Assembly (NCBI RefSeq): GCF_964204645.1
Contig: NW_027437484.1
Coordinates: 1-49,000, forward strand
Source of the DNA: Tubulanus polymorphus
Taxonomy: Eukaryota; Animalia; Nemertea
Direction of reading: 5' to 3'
DNA length: 49,000 bases
The notes under the pieces were generated by a model, which was not told where the DNA came from, ran no database searches, and was given only the letters and a program-made list of their open reading frames with translations. Positions 1 through 11,304 of the stretch are shown here, in pieces. The position numbers were made by a program, and so were the translations under genes. How positions within the stretch are numbered: position 1 is the first letter of the stretch; each line of letters opens with the position of its first letter.

Positions 1-87
1 ATTAGTCAGTTTTATTAACGATACGCGATCGACTTGTGACTAGTGTGTGATACACTTCACTCTCTCCTCACCCACGGGCCGGGCGAA

Positions 88-619
88 AGAGAGGGAGAGG
101 GAGAGGGAGAGGGAGAGGGAGAGGGAGAGGGAGAGGGAGAGTGAGAGGGAGAGGGAGAGGGAGAGGGAGAGGGAGAGGGAGAGGGAGAGGGAGAGGGAGA
201 GGGAGAGTGAGAGGAGAGGGAGAGGGAGAGGGAGAGGGAGAGGGAGAGGGAGAGGGAGAGGGAGAGGGAGAGGGAGAGGGAGAGGGAGAGGGAGAGGGAG
301 AGGGAGAGGGAGAGGGAGAGGGAGAGGGAGAGGGAGAGGGAGAGGGAGAGGGAGAGGGAGAGGGAGAGGGAGAGGGAGAGGGAGAGGGAGAGGGAGAGGG
401 AGAGGGAGAGGGAGAGGGAGAGGGAGAGGGAGAGGGAGAGGGAGAGGGAGAGGGAGAGGGAGAGGGAGAGGGAGAGGGAGAGGGAGAGGGAGAGGGAGAG
501 GGAGAGGGAGAGGGAGAGGGAGAGGGAGAGGGAGAGGGAGAGGGAGAGGGAGAGGGAGAGGGAGAGGGAGAGGGAGAGGGAGAGGGAGAGGGAGAGGGAG
601 AGGGAGAGGGAGAGGGAGA
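88..619. repeat. (GAGAGG)n polypurine microsatellite
   Basis: Near-perfect hexamer run of about 530 bp; it produces the spurious LP/RG/SP ORFs. Confidence 0.97.
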
Positions 620-1312
620 ATGTGGGTTATGTGAAACCTCTCTCCACACACACATATAACGGCAACTGAGTGAATTAAATATTTACTGTAACCGGAACCG
701 GAATTGTCCAAACTGCGCGTCGCTTCTAAAAAACAATTTCATCAACTCATCATTTTTTGTATCTCGTCGAGCGACAAAAGAGTCCAAAATACCGCAGCGG
801 GATTTACCCTTCAGTTAAGGCAGAAAAGGCAAAAGGGAAACAATTTTCATCAAATTTTCTAAATTCTAAACTTAGAAATTATGATTCTAATTTGATGACG
901 TTCTGATCTATTTTTCGGCCGAATCTACTAAAAATAAATCTAAAAATCGCGATAATTATCTGTAAGTGTCGAGCCCCAAAAATAATTCAAAAATTCCATC
1001 ACGGCAAATCGTTAACCGTTATAATTTGTGACGAGGAAAATCTTTAGGGAGTATAGTGAACCTCGCTTGCCTGGGTCGCGCTTGAAAGAATTACAATATG
1101 AAAGATGAATCGTCTGCCCGTCGTTTCGTGCACGCGTGTGTGGGGGTCACGTGATCAGTTCATTCTCCAGATCATTTTTCAATTACTGTAATTTTATTTT
1201 TGCTGCGCGAAAAACTCGGAAATTCAGCGTGAATTTATTCTAAATCGAGTCGTGTTTGATATTTTTAAAAACCAAGGGCAGCAGCACATCATCAGTCTGT
1301 CGTCAGTTCATT

Positions 1313-1586
1313 CGACGAGGCCCGTCCTGTCCTCGACGAGGCCCATTCTGTCCTCGACGAGGCCCGTCCTGTCCTCGACGAGGCCCGTCCTGTCCTCGAC
1401 GAGGCCCATTCTGTCCTCGACGAGGCCCGTCCTGTCCTCGACGAGGCCCGTCCTGTCCTCGACGAGGCCCGTCCTGTCCTCGACGAGGCCCGTCCTGACC
1501 TCGACGAGGCCCGCCCTGTCCTCGACGAGGCCCGTCCTGTCCTCGACGAGGCCCGTCCTGTCCTCGACGAGGCCCGTCCTGTCCTC
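1313..1586. repeat. 21-bp minisatellite (TCGACGAGGCCCGTCCTGTCC), ~13 copies
   Basis: Direct tandem units visible; the ORF track shows a 7-aa periodicity. Confidence 0.95.
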
Positions 1587-1905
1587 AGTTCATTGTGGCT
1601 ATATCTTGATAAACTTTATCCATTGTTAAGGAACACTCTGATGTCACTGCTCACCCAAGTTTTAAGATACTCGTCAAAAGACACCGACAGCCAAACTCAC
1701 AGGACCATGAACCGTATGCAGAGCTGGGAGGGAGCGTTTCAATGTTACTCGTAATACGAACACTGATCTGTGAGATGATGAGACGGCCCCTGTAGTACTG
1801 AGACTCAGTGAATTTACTGAAGTTTAATTCTAACGACTGAACCGGAAGTAACTGGTCGATTTGATAATGGCGTATTAAACTACTCGTCTAGTTGTGTTCA
1901 GTGGT

Positions 1906-1986
<81 letters not shown>

Positions 1987-1990
1987 GACC
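1906..1990. repeat. (GCC)n trinucleotide repeat
   Basis: Direct reading of the sequence. Confidence 0.95.
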
Positions 1991-2461
1991 CGCTTTAGGA
2001 TATAATTAATAATATAAACAAATCGTGGATTTAGTGATGAATTTTTCAGTCGCCGATTTTCTGGTGTTTGTATAGAATTATTCCTGAAGCCTGCGGGTAT
2101 AATATACATTACCGGTCCACCTGTCCAAATAATCAGCACAACCCCCCTAAACGCCCCTCTCCCCCCGCTCCCCTCTAACCCATCACTGTAGTGGTACCCT
2201 GCTGATTATTAATATTTAGTTGATATTAAGATTTTTGTCCGCGGTATGCGGTTTCTCTGTTGCCCATGGTAACGATGATATGGGATTATTTTAAAAGATT
2301 CTTCTCAGATTCTCAGATTGTCTCGTGTAGGATTCTATTTAAATAAGAATGTTGTTTTTTTGGAGGAGGGGAAGGTAAGGAAAGGTAAGGGGATTAGAAG
2401 TGTTCATACTGTACTGAATGAGATATAAGCCGGAAACAGTGATGATTGTAGTAAAAGGATG

Positions 2462-4130
2462 GGATCCAGTTCTACAGTTGTGAGTTAGAGTTAACTGTGA
2501 ACTCAGGATCCAGTTCTACAGTTGTGAGTTGGAGTTTACTCTGAACTCAGGATCCAGTTCTACAGTTGTGAGTTGGAGTTTACTCTGAACTCAGGATCCA
2601 GTTCCACAGTTGTGAGTTAGAGTTAACTGTGAACTCAGGATCCAGTTCCACAGTTGTGAGTTAGAGTTAACTGTGAACTCAGGATCCAGTTCTACAGTTG
2701 TGGGTTGGAGTTTACTGTAAACTCAGGATCCAGTTCTACAGTTGTGAGTTGGAGTTTACTCTGAACTCAGGATCCAGTTCCACAGTTGTGAGTTAGAGTT
2801 AACTGTGAACTCAGGATCCAGTTCCACAGTTGTGAGTTAGAGTTAACTGTGAACTCAGGATCCAGTTCTACAGTTGTGGGTTGGAGTTTACTGTAAACTC
2901 AGGATCCAGTTCTACAGTTGTGAGTTGGAGTTTACTCTGAACTCAGGATCCAGTTCCACAGTTGTGAGTTAGAGTTAACTGTGAACTCAGGATCCAGTTC
3001 CACAGTTGTGAGTTAGAGTTAACTGTGAACTCAGGATCCAGTTCCACAGTTGTGAGTTAGAGTTAACTGTGCACTCAGGACCCAGTTCCACAGTTGTGAG
3101 TTAGAGTTAACTGTGAACTCAGGATCCAGTTCCACAAATGTAAGTTAGAGTTAACTGTGAACTCAGGATCCAGTTCCACAATTGTAAGTTAGAGTTAACT
3201 GTGAACTCAGGATCCAGTTCCACAGTTGTGAGTTTGAGTTAACTCTGAACTCAGGATCCAGTTCCACAATTGTAAGTTAGAGTTAACTGTGAACTCAGGA
3301 TCCAGTTCCACAATTGTAAGTTAGAGTTAACTGTGAACTCAGGATCCAGTTCCACAGTTGTGAGTTAGAGTTAACTGTGAACTCAGGATCCAGTTCCACA
3401 GTTGTGAGTTTGAGTTAACTCTGAACTCAGGATCCAGTTCCACAGTTGTGAGTTAGAGTTAACTGTGAACTCAGGATCCAGGGAGGAGTTAGTTAAGACA
3501 GTAGTGAGTTAGAGTTAACTGTGAACTCAGGATCCAGTTCCACAGTTGTGAGTTAGAGTTTACTGTGAACTCAGGATCCAGGGAGGAGTTAGTTAAGACA
3601 GTAGTGAGTTAGAGTTAACTGTGAACTCAGGATTCAGTTCCACAGTTGTGAGTTAGAGTTAACTGTGAACTGAGGATCCAGTTCCACAGTTGTGAGTTAG
3701 AGTTAACTGTGAACTCAGGATTCAGTTCCACAGTTGTGAGTTAGAGTTAACTGTGAACTGAGGATCTAGTTCCACAGTTGTAAGTAAGAGTTAACTGTGA
3801 ACTCAGGATCCAGTTCCACAGTTGTGAGTTAGAGTTAACTGTGAACTCAGGATCTAGTTCCACAGTTGTAAGTTAGAGTTAACTGTGAACTCAGGATCCA
3901 GTTCCACAGTTGTGAGTTAGAGTTAACTGTGAACTGAGGATCCAGTTCCACAGTTGTGAGTTAGAGTTAACTGTGAACTGAGGATCCAGTTCCACAGTTG
4001 TGAGATTCAGAGTAACTCTGAACCCAGGATCCAGTTCCACAGTTGTGAGTTAGAGTTAACTGTGAACTCAGGATCTAGTTCCACAGTTGTAAGTTAGAGT
4101 TAACTGTGAACTCAGGATCCAGGGAGGAGT
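2462..4130. repeat. 44-bp minisatellite (GGATCCAGTTCCACAGTTGTGAGTTAGAGTTAACTGTGAACTCA), ~38 copies
   Basis: GGATCC recurs every 44 nt (2462, 2506...). The unit matches the terminal inverted repeat of the MITE at 6187-6271. Confidence 0.95.
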
Positions 4131-4436
4131 TAGTTAAGACAGTAGTAAGCCTACTAAAGGTGTTTTATGTTGCGGCGGGTTTAGGGTGTGAATGTAGTTA
4201 TAGTGTATTCACCACATGCAGTATTAAACTGAATGACTGAATGAATCAGTGATTGACACATTGTGATACACGTGATACTAACATCCTTAAACAAACGTCG
4301 ACAATTAATTAGAAATTTAACGCGCGACTATGTTTTAAACCGTGTTTTAAACCGTGTTTTAAACCGTGCGTTAAATTGAATTTTATTAAATGTAAAACGG
4401 AAGCGTGAGTAACGTCATCTCACGTCTTATCCCGTA

Positions 4437-4690
<254 letters not shown>

Positions 4691-4821
4691 GGTCGTATCG
4701 GGACCTTTTTGACTCAATTTTGATTATTATGAAATATTCCCCGGTTTCCCTATGTTACCTGGCAACAACGTTATACATACATTTCTCTGTTTGTATTTTG
4801 TAGGTTTTACAGAATACGTTG

Positions 4822-5406
4822 ATGCTTTACGTTACGGTCACGTGGTTAACAGGTCATGTGATGTCGGATAGTAACGACGCGCTGATGACGTCACTGCGGA
4901 CTGAGCTGAACGCGCGAAATAAACGTTCGGCTCGTGACGTCACGGATGACAAACGCTATCGCGAATTGACGGAGGAAGAACTGGACAAACGTCGCATTCC
5001 CGGCTTAACGACAGCGGCGTTAGGTAAACGTATACGTGGATTAACAATGGCAGCGTTAGGTAAACGTCGTATCCATGACAACCAGGAATTAACCCTCAGT
5101 AAAAAGACCCCGTCTCATTATTACGCCGACTTTCCGAAATTAATCGGCAAGAAATTTTCGGGAATGTCCGTTCCAGCGTTAGGTAAGCGTACAACAATAG
5201 AACGTCGTGCGCGTTGGTTGTTGCAGGGTCCAGCGTTGGGAAAACGTCATAATTTGGCGGGTCCGGCGTTGGGTAAACGCTATAAGAGTCCTCGAGCGTT
5301 GAGGAAACGCTTTAATCTATTGTCGACCCCGGCTCTAGGTAAACGACCCGATGACGCTGATTATTACTATGGTAACGAAATTAATGATAACAATGACTGG
5401 TATTAA
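4822..5406 (+). CDS. Neuropeptide precursor encoding six [A/P]ALamide peptides (family uncertain; allatostatin-A/buccalin-like Lamide is one possibility)
   Basis: Hydrophobic N-terminus (MLYVTVTWLTGHVMS) follows candidate acceptors at 4803 (tttgtag) or 4812 (ttttacag). There are six ALG-KR amidation/cleavage units, further KR/KK/RR sites and an acidic tail. If the 4803 acceptor is used in phase 0, the start lies in an upstream exon. Confidence 0.88.
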   Translation: MLYVTVTWLTGHVMSDSNDALMTSLRTELNARNKRSARDVTDDKRYRELTEEELDKRRIPGLTTAALGKRIRGLTMAALGKRRIHDNQELTLSKKTPSHYYADFPKLIGKKFSGMSVPALGKRTTIERRARWLLQGPALGKRHNLAGPALGKRYKSPRALRKRFNLLSTPALGKRPDDADYYYGNEINDNNDWY

Positions 5407-5597
5407 TCTGATGAACTATAGTAACAACACGACGGTCACGTGACCAGCAGCGGACAGTTGTATATGTGTAACTGAGCGATTTGGCTAATTACCGACGAGA
5501 AACGATATTGATCCTGATTATTTTCATTTGTAAAAACTCTGTGAAAATTAAAGAATAAATTGCTATAAAAAAAATTATCTTTTCATAGTTTCTATCC

Positions 5598-6050
5598 GGA
5601 GCCCTCCCTTCTAGCAGCAGTGTGGTCGGATAGGGTCTCCTCGGAGCCCTCCCTTCAAGCAGCAGTGTGGTCGGATAGGGTCTCCTCAAAGCCCTCCCTT
5701 CTAGCAGCAGTGTGGTCGGATAGGGTCTCCTCAGAGCCCTCCCTTCTAGCAGCAGTGTGGTCGGATAGGGTCTCCTCGGAGCCCTCCCTTCAAGTAGCAG
5801 TGTGGTCGGATAGGGTCTCCTCAGAGCCCTCCCTTCTAGCAGCAGTGTGGTCGGATAGGGTCTCCTCGGAGCCCTCCCTTCAATCAGCAGTGTGGTCGGA
5901 TAGGAACTCATCGGAGCCCTCCTTTCTAGCAGCAGTGTGGTCGGATAGGGTCTTCTCGGAGCATCCCTCTAGCAGCAGTGTGGATAAGGTCTGCTCCTGA
6001 GCCGGTTTCTTCCGGTCTGCGTCCTAACAGCAGTGTGGATAGGGTCTCTC
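5598..6050. repeat. 45-bp minisatellite downstream of the neuropeptide gene
   Basis: TGTGGTCGGATAGGGTCTCC recurs every 45 nt (5621, 5666...). Confidence 0.93.
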
Positions 6051-6186
6051 CTCTCCTTAGAAGACACCGTCAAGAGTAGACTGTTAGAGTGATAGCTGAA
6101 TCTGTCCGGCTGCAGTTGCCCGGCTCGGGGCAGTATGGCGTGGGCCTAGAAGCGTGATACCCGGCACAGGGATGATCGTGTTGGTC

Positions 6187-6271
6187 CAGGGTCCAATTCC
6201 ACAGTTCTGAGTTAACTCATTGAATATGAACTAACTTTAACTCTAACTCACGACAGTAGAACTGAGCCTAG
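6187..6271. mobile_element. Short MITE-like element with GGNCCAGTTCCACAGTT-type terminal inverted repeats
   Basis: Left end CAGGGTCCAATTCCACAGTTCTGAGTTA; the reverse complement of the right end reads CTAGGCTCAGTTCTACTGTCGTGAGTTA. Confidence 0.6.
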
Positions 6272-6553
6272 GTGATCATCAATCTCACTACTAACCTAGA
6301 ACATATTCACCATGAATTACTTTCTAAAGACGACGACAATTTTTCAGTTTTTTGGAAATTTTTTCTTTTTTGAAATAAATAACTTAAGAGTATTAGAATA
6401 AAATACAACGCGTATAAATTTATAGCAAACAATGTGTAATTAATTATCTTTGTTTTATAATTATCTTGTCACTCAGTAATTTTTGAAATCTTTTGTAATT
6501 AGCTTCGCCTTATTCTATATAAATACCAGCATGACATGTTTAATCACTTGCGC

Positions 6554-6598
6554 TATGCCTGAAGAGGGGATAACGTAACTCCCGAAAACGTTCGCTTG
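6554..6598 (+). ncRNA. Minimal type I hammerhead ribozyme candidate (Penelope-like element type)
   Basis: Core CUGAAGA (6559-6565), stem II GGGG(A)...UCCC, GAAA (6584-6587), palindromic AACGUU stem III, UC cleavage site (6592-6593), and an imperfect stem I (UAUGC/GCUUG). Confidence 0.6.
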
Positions 6599-6737
6599 AT
6601 AAACATTACTCATTAGAAATGAGATTTGTACTATTTTTGCTTCTATGGGTTAGAATTATCTAGACTATCTAACTAAGATTTAAATCTAGATTAAACATTA
6701 TAAAATCATTTTCCATCATTGACCAGCTCCACCCTCA

Positions 6738-7172
6738 ATACTCGATCTATACTCGATCTATACTCGATCGATACTCGATCGATACTCGATCGATACTCGA
6801 TCGATACTCGATCGATACTCGATCTATACTCGATCGATACTCGATCGATACTCGATCTATACTCGATCTATACTCGATCGATACTCGATCTATACTCGAT
6901 CTATACTCGATCTATACTCGATCGATACTCGATCTATACTCGATCTATACTCGATCGATACTCGATCGATACTCGATCGATACTCGATCGATACTCGATC
7001 GATACTCGATCTATACTCGATCGATACTCGATCGATACTCGATCTATACTCGATCTATACTCGATCGATACTCGATCTATACTCGATCGATACTCGATCT
7101 ATACTCGATCTATACTCGATCTATACTCGATCGATACTCGATCTATACTCGATCGATACTCGATCGATACTC
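6738..7172. repeat. 10-bp minisatellite (ATACTCGATC[G/T]-like)
   Basis: Direct tandem units with two interspersed variants; the period is about 10-11 nt. Confidence 0.9.
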
Positions 7173-7720
7173 ATTTTGTTTATACTTATCGCCTTATTGT
7201 TCATCATGTATTATTATTAGCGCATATTATTCTTGTTTTTTGTTATATATCTAAATTTCTACGATTCCTAACTAACATTTTTTTGAATTATGATTCGGTT
7301 ATAATTTAACTGTTAATATCAACAGTTTCGCTAAAAATATCTTTTCAAAAGACTTAAACATATCTATATACTGTACATGTTCCTCGGTTAATGAAGCTAC
7401 TTATAATTTAAAAAGAAAATAATTATCACATGTTATCACATGTTATCACCGGTTATTCCATTTGTAGACCTAATTGTACATAAGGAAATATCGAACAGTC
7501 GTGTACACAAACTTGACGGATCCAGAACTGAGAATGAGACACATGATTTTCATAAGGTCAATTTCTGTAAAATTCTGGAAAAAAACATAGATATAATTTG
7601 CAAATTAGATTAACTAAATATTGCACTCCGTGACTTTCTAGTTTTTAGTCCACAGATTTTGAAGGTAGCGGGAACAAATATCTGGAAGTCGGAACCGATA
7701 CTATATATAGCAGCTCGGGT

Positions 7721-10305
7721 TTACAGATCAGAAACACCGTACACCAGTGACCGATTCCGCTCAAGAATCGACTCCACAAATCTTTCATCGAATTTATCGT
7801 ATCCCTGCGCATTGCGCGGAACTTGCACGTTGGAAAAATTGCGACATATCATGAAAATATCTTCGGCATCGTGCCGGTCGAGTTCGGCGGATTTTTCCTT
7901 GACCCCCGGGGCGAAAAGAGTGATCACTTGACGGTGATATTTCATCTGTGCGCATTCTCGAATGACCACACCTATTTCGTTGTCCGCGAACATTTCTTCC
8001 GTGAACAAAATCAATATCATCTTCGACTGTTCAATCGGTTCTCTGAACTGACCGATATTTGGTTGACCTGGTAACCCATCAATCTGTGGATTCAATAAGT
8101 TTGTGAAGCCGAGTTGTCTGATCGAGTCGCCCACATTCTGCGCTATCTCTCGACTGCTGTCCTTCGCAGACACGACTAACAAGACTGGAGTTTGCGCCGC
8201 GTCAGGATAAACCTCGTCAATTACCAATTTAAACTGCTTGTTGTTTTTGCGAACTCTCCAGTAAAGCTCGGCGGTAATCCCGCTATTGCGCAACCCATCG
8301 CAGTTTTCAATCAGCTGATTCAGACAGTGCATAGCCCTTCTATAATCGTACATATGAACGTAGGTCGTCACGAGTCGTCCTAAAATCAGTTTCTCTTTAT
8401 CGCTCTTCACTTCAGTTTGTACTAAGGCTAAAACCAGGAATCCGGCCACGGCTTTATGCATCTGTCCAGTCGCGTCGTACAAATCTACCAACTCCTCATA
8501 TGCTCGCAAAGCATCGTGCGGGTTGTTTGACTCTTCTGCCGCCTTGTGAAGAATGTCACGCAGATCTGGGAACGCTACAGGGGGAAGCATGCCCATTTCT
8601 CCCATATTCTCTACGGCTTTGTGATACATAGCACGGAAATCATCGTGACGTTTTGTCGTTTTTCTACAAAGTGAAGCCATCATTTCATAGACCTCGCCGC
8701 AATCGCGCTTCGGTTGAAATACATTTGCCTTTAAACCCTTGTCCAAAAGATCGTAAATTTCGTCAAAACGCTCTTCGAGATCTTTAGAAAGACAGGACAA
8801 AATGTGCGCTTTTTCTTTCAGAAATGTGATCGCGTTAACGTCCATTTGATGAGCTTGTTCTATGTAACGCAAAGCTAGCTTCATATTTTCATCATCTGAA
8901 GAAAAACAAAAGGAAAACATAGTTTAAAAAATTGATGAAACGTAATTCTATCAAACTTGAACCCAAACTCTAGACCGGGGAAATGGATCCCCACATCCCT
9001 GTCCGTATACTAACCCGGTACAGATATAATTCTGCGGTATTTATAGTTGTATTTTCGAGGAAAGCTGTCAATTTCTATCGGTGGAACGGTCAAATGTTTA
9101 ATTCGGCCGCGACAATCGACTTCCAGCGGAGGAGGACGTTCTGTAGACAGCGCCAATCTTTCAAATCTTAAACGCAATTTGTTGTCGTAGTCGTCGAAGG
9201 CTTTATTTCTGTAAATGATGCTCAATTGATGATAACAAGATTTTTGTTTTCCAAATTCAAGTGCGCGTTTACATATTTCGATGGCTTTATCATTTCGTTT
9301 ATCAATTTGTCTATCGTGTCTTAGCAAACGACCCAAAATCGTTAACGTTTTCTTGTCCTCAGACTCACGATACTCAATGTAGAACTGGTTCAGAGCTCCG
9401 GGAATATCCGCATATTTTTTCGGTAAAATATCAGATTCTTTTAATTTAAACTGCGCCGGTTTCAACTTTTTTAAAACGTGTGGGGCTTTGACATAACGAT
9501 GGGCTATTTCAATAATGTGAGCCCAGGCGCGACCGGTTAAAATCGGGTGGACATTTCTGTCGAGTAGATTTTGAATAATCGTAGCTGCTTTTTTTACATC
9601 GGTATCATGCGCGTCGGAATAGACGTCGAACTCTTCTGGACATTCCAGTATCAGAGATATGTTCAAGCGCCTGTCGACCAGTGTGCAAAACTCCACTTGA
9701 AAAATTGCTTTCAGGATTTCCACCACGTTTCGTGGCTTCACGACATCGATGTGTTCATCTATGTTGTCGAGTATATCGGCAAACATGAGTTTACCCTTGT
9801 GTATGTGTCTGGGACCTAGTCGCCGATGTGAATACGCTATTTCACCCCTCGCTAATATTCTAGCAAGCGCATTTTCATCGTACAATTTCGTGGCTTCTTC
9901 GAAAAGTTGTTCCGCTTTTTCGTATTGGTGATCTTTATAACAAACATAAGCGCAGTCTGTCAGAGCCACGACACTTCGCAAGCCGGAAAGTGAGTTGTAT
10001 CTTAGACTCCCGAAATCCTTCAACGTTTTTTCAATATCTGAAGTTCTGTTCGACAAGGCGAGTTGATACTCTACAAGTATTCTCAAATTTCCAGTAGCCG
10101 TGCGGTAAAAATCACCGAGAATATCATCCGTTTTACCACCATCTTCATCATCAAGGTTTGTGTTGAATTCGTTAAGCTTGCTACCCAGATATTGTGTAGT
10201 ATCAGTTGTTAACAGTTGAAACTGTAAACACGAACGCTCGCTGTCTGTGTACCAGAAATGGTTAGGAAGATGCCGCAACTTTTCCTCTCCTCCCTTTTTA
10301 AACAT
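7721..10305 (-). CDS. IFIT/TTC22-like TPR-repeat protein with C-terminal TIR domain (~821 aa, two coding exons 10305-9015 and 8895-7721)
   Basis: The 431-aa and 399-aa ORFs are joined in frame by a 119-nt phase-1 intron (donor GTTAGT at 9014, acceptor TTCTTCAG at 8896). HLPNHFW resembles TTC22 YLPGHFH and IFIT LxCHFTW. TPR-like helices include AYVCYKDHQYEKAEQLFEEA and KAIEICKRALE. The C-terminus has a TIR pattern: VLLVVSAKDS...DGLPG...IEQSKMILILFTEEMF...VITLF. Confidence 0.82.
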
Positions 10306-10660
10306 TTTGTCTGACTGAAAATACAGCAGAAAAATTATTGCGCGATTTTTGATCGCAGATTTCCCGAGTTTATACCTGAAATATTCAACTTACATAACAG
10401 CAAAAACAAGTTGGGCTTTAAATGTCAATCCTGTCTGGGATTTATGTAGGACAACCTTTTATCGACTGAACGTGTTGTCATGTGAAGACCTTTCAGTAGT
10501 GGATTTCACTGAAATCCATAGAAGAACAAAACAGTTTCATTTTTCAAATATATAAATCATCAGCAGTCCGTAACATCTCGGCGAATCTACCGACTTTGAA
10601 TATCGGGTGACTCGGAAAACGACTTAAAAATAGTCAAAAATATGAAAAATGTAACAAACT

Positions 10661-10932
10661 CACTTTCGCTTTGGCCTATAATAATGAATGTTTCCCTTCT
10701 AACAGTGACGTCAGTAATCACTTAGTTTATGTTTATAGGTAGCGATGAAATGCCCGCTACGCCCTGACACCGTTACTGGCCCATAAATCCAAACCCATAG
10801 ATATATGAACATCGAAAGAAAGCCTAAATACACGCACAATCTAATTCTACTCACGTCGAACCGACATCAATTACGCGTAACCTGCTGTTACTGGGAAACC
10901 CGGGGAATCCCCGAACTGTGGAAATCGGAAAG
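10661..10932 (-). promoter_or_regulatory. Predicted promoter of the TPR-TIR gene: TATA box, CRE, tandem kB sites, IRF-like sites
   Basis: Minus-strand TATAAA at 10737-10732 with an Inr-like TCA ~31 nt downstream (10706). Donor GTGAGT at 10663. GGGAAACCC 10893-10901, GGGGAATCCCC 10902-10912, GGAAATCGGAAAG 10920-10932, TGACGTCA 10706-10713. Confidence 0.6.
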
Positions 10933-11304
10933 ACGACTATCAGACATTCATTGACGGGTGTTTCATTACGAATTCATCTGCGCAGCTGGTATGTTGGATG
11001 ATCTGAGTTCAATCAATATTTCGGCCCCGTATGAGCCCGAGCACTAACTAACACGTGTGCTTTTAGTCATAGAAGATGCTAAGTTTTCAGCTTCCTAAGC
11101 TGCTATCACTGTCACTATCTCTTGGTTCCTCACGTGTGTAAAAACAGGGCAGTTACCGATAACAATCTGATTTCAGATTAGAAATATTTTATTTATACAC
11201 CACAAATATTTAAACAGTTTACACAGTGTTGTTATAAATGCCAGCATATTTCAGTTTTAAATTTTCAATTTTTTTACAATCAAATAATTATGTATATTGC
11301 TAGT

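Noticed and set aside
40-711. Long ORFs (poly-LP, RG, SP, EG)
   Set aside because: Translations of the (GAGAGG)n microsatellite; no coding complexity.
2462-4130. CRISPR-like periodic arrays here and elsewhere
   Set aside because: Head-to-tail repeats without unique spacers, eukaryotic context and no cas genes.
7721-10305. Horizontally acquired bacterial TIR-TPR defence gene
   Set aside because: It has spliceosomal introns, a Pol II-type promoter and an animal TTC22/IFIT-like motif. Nothing in the window indicates bacterial origin, although a phylogeny would be needed to exclude it.
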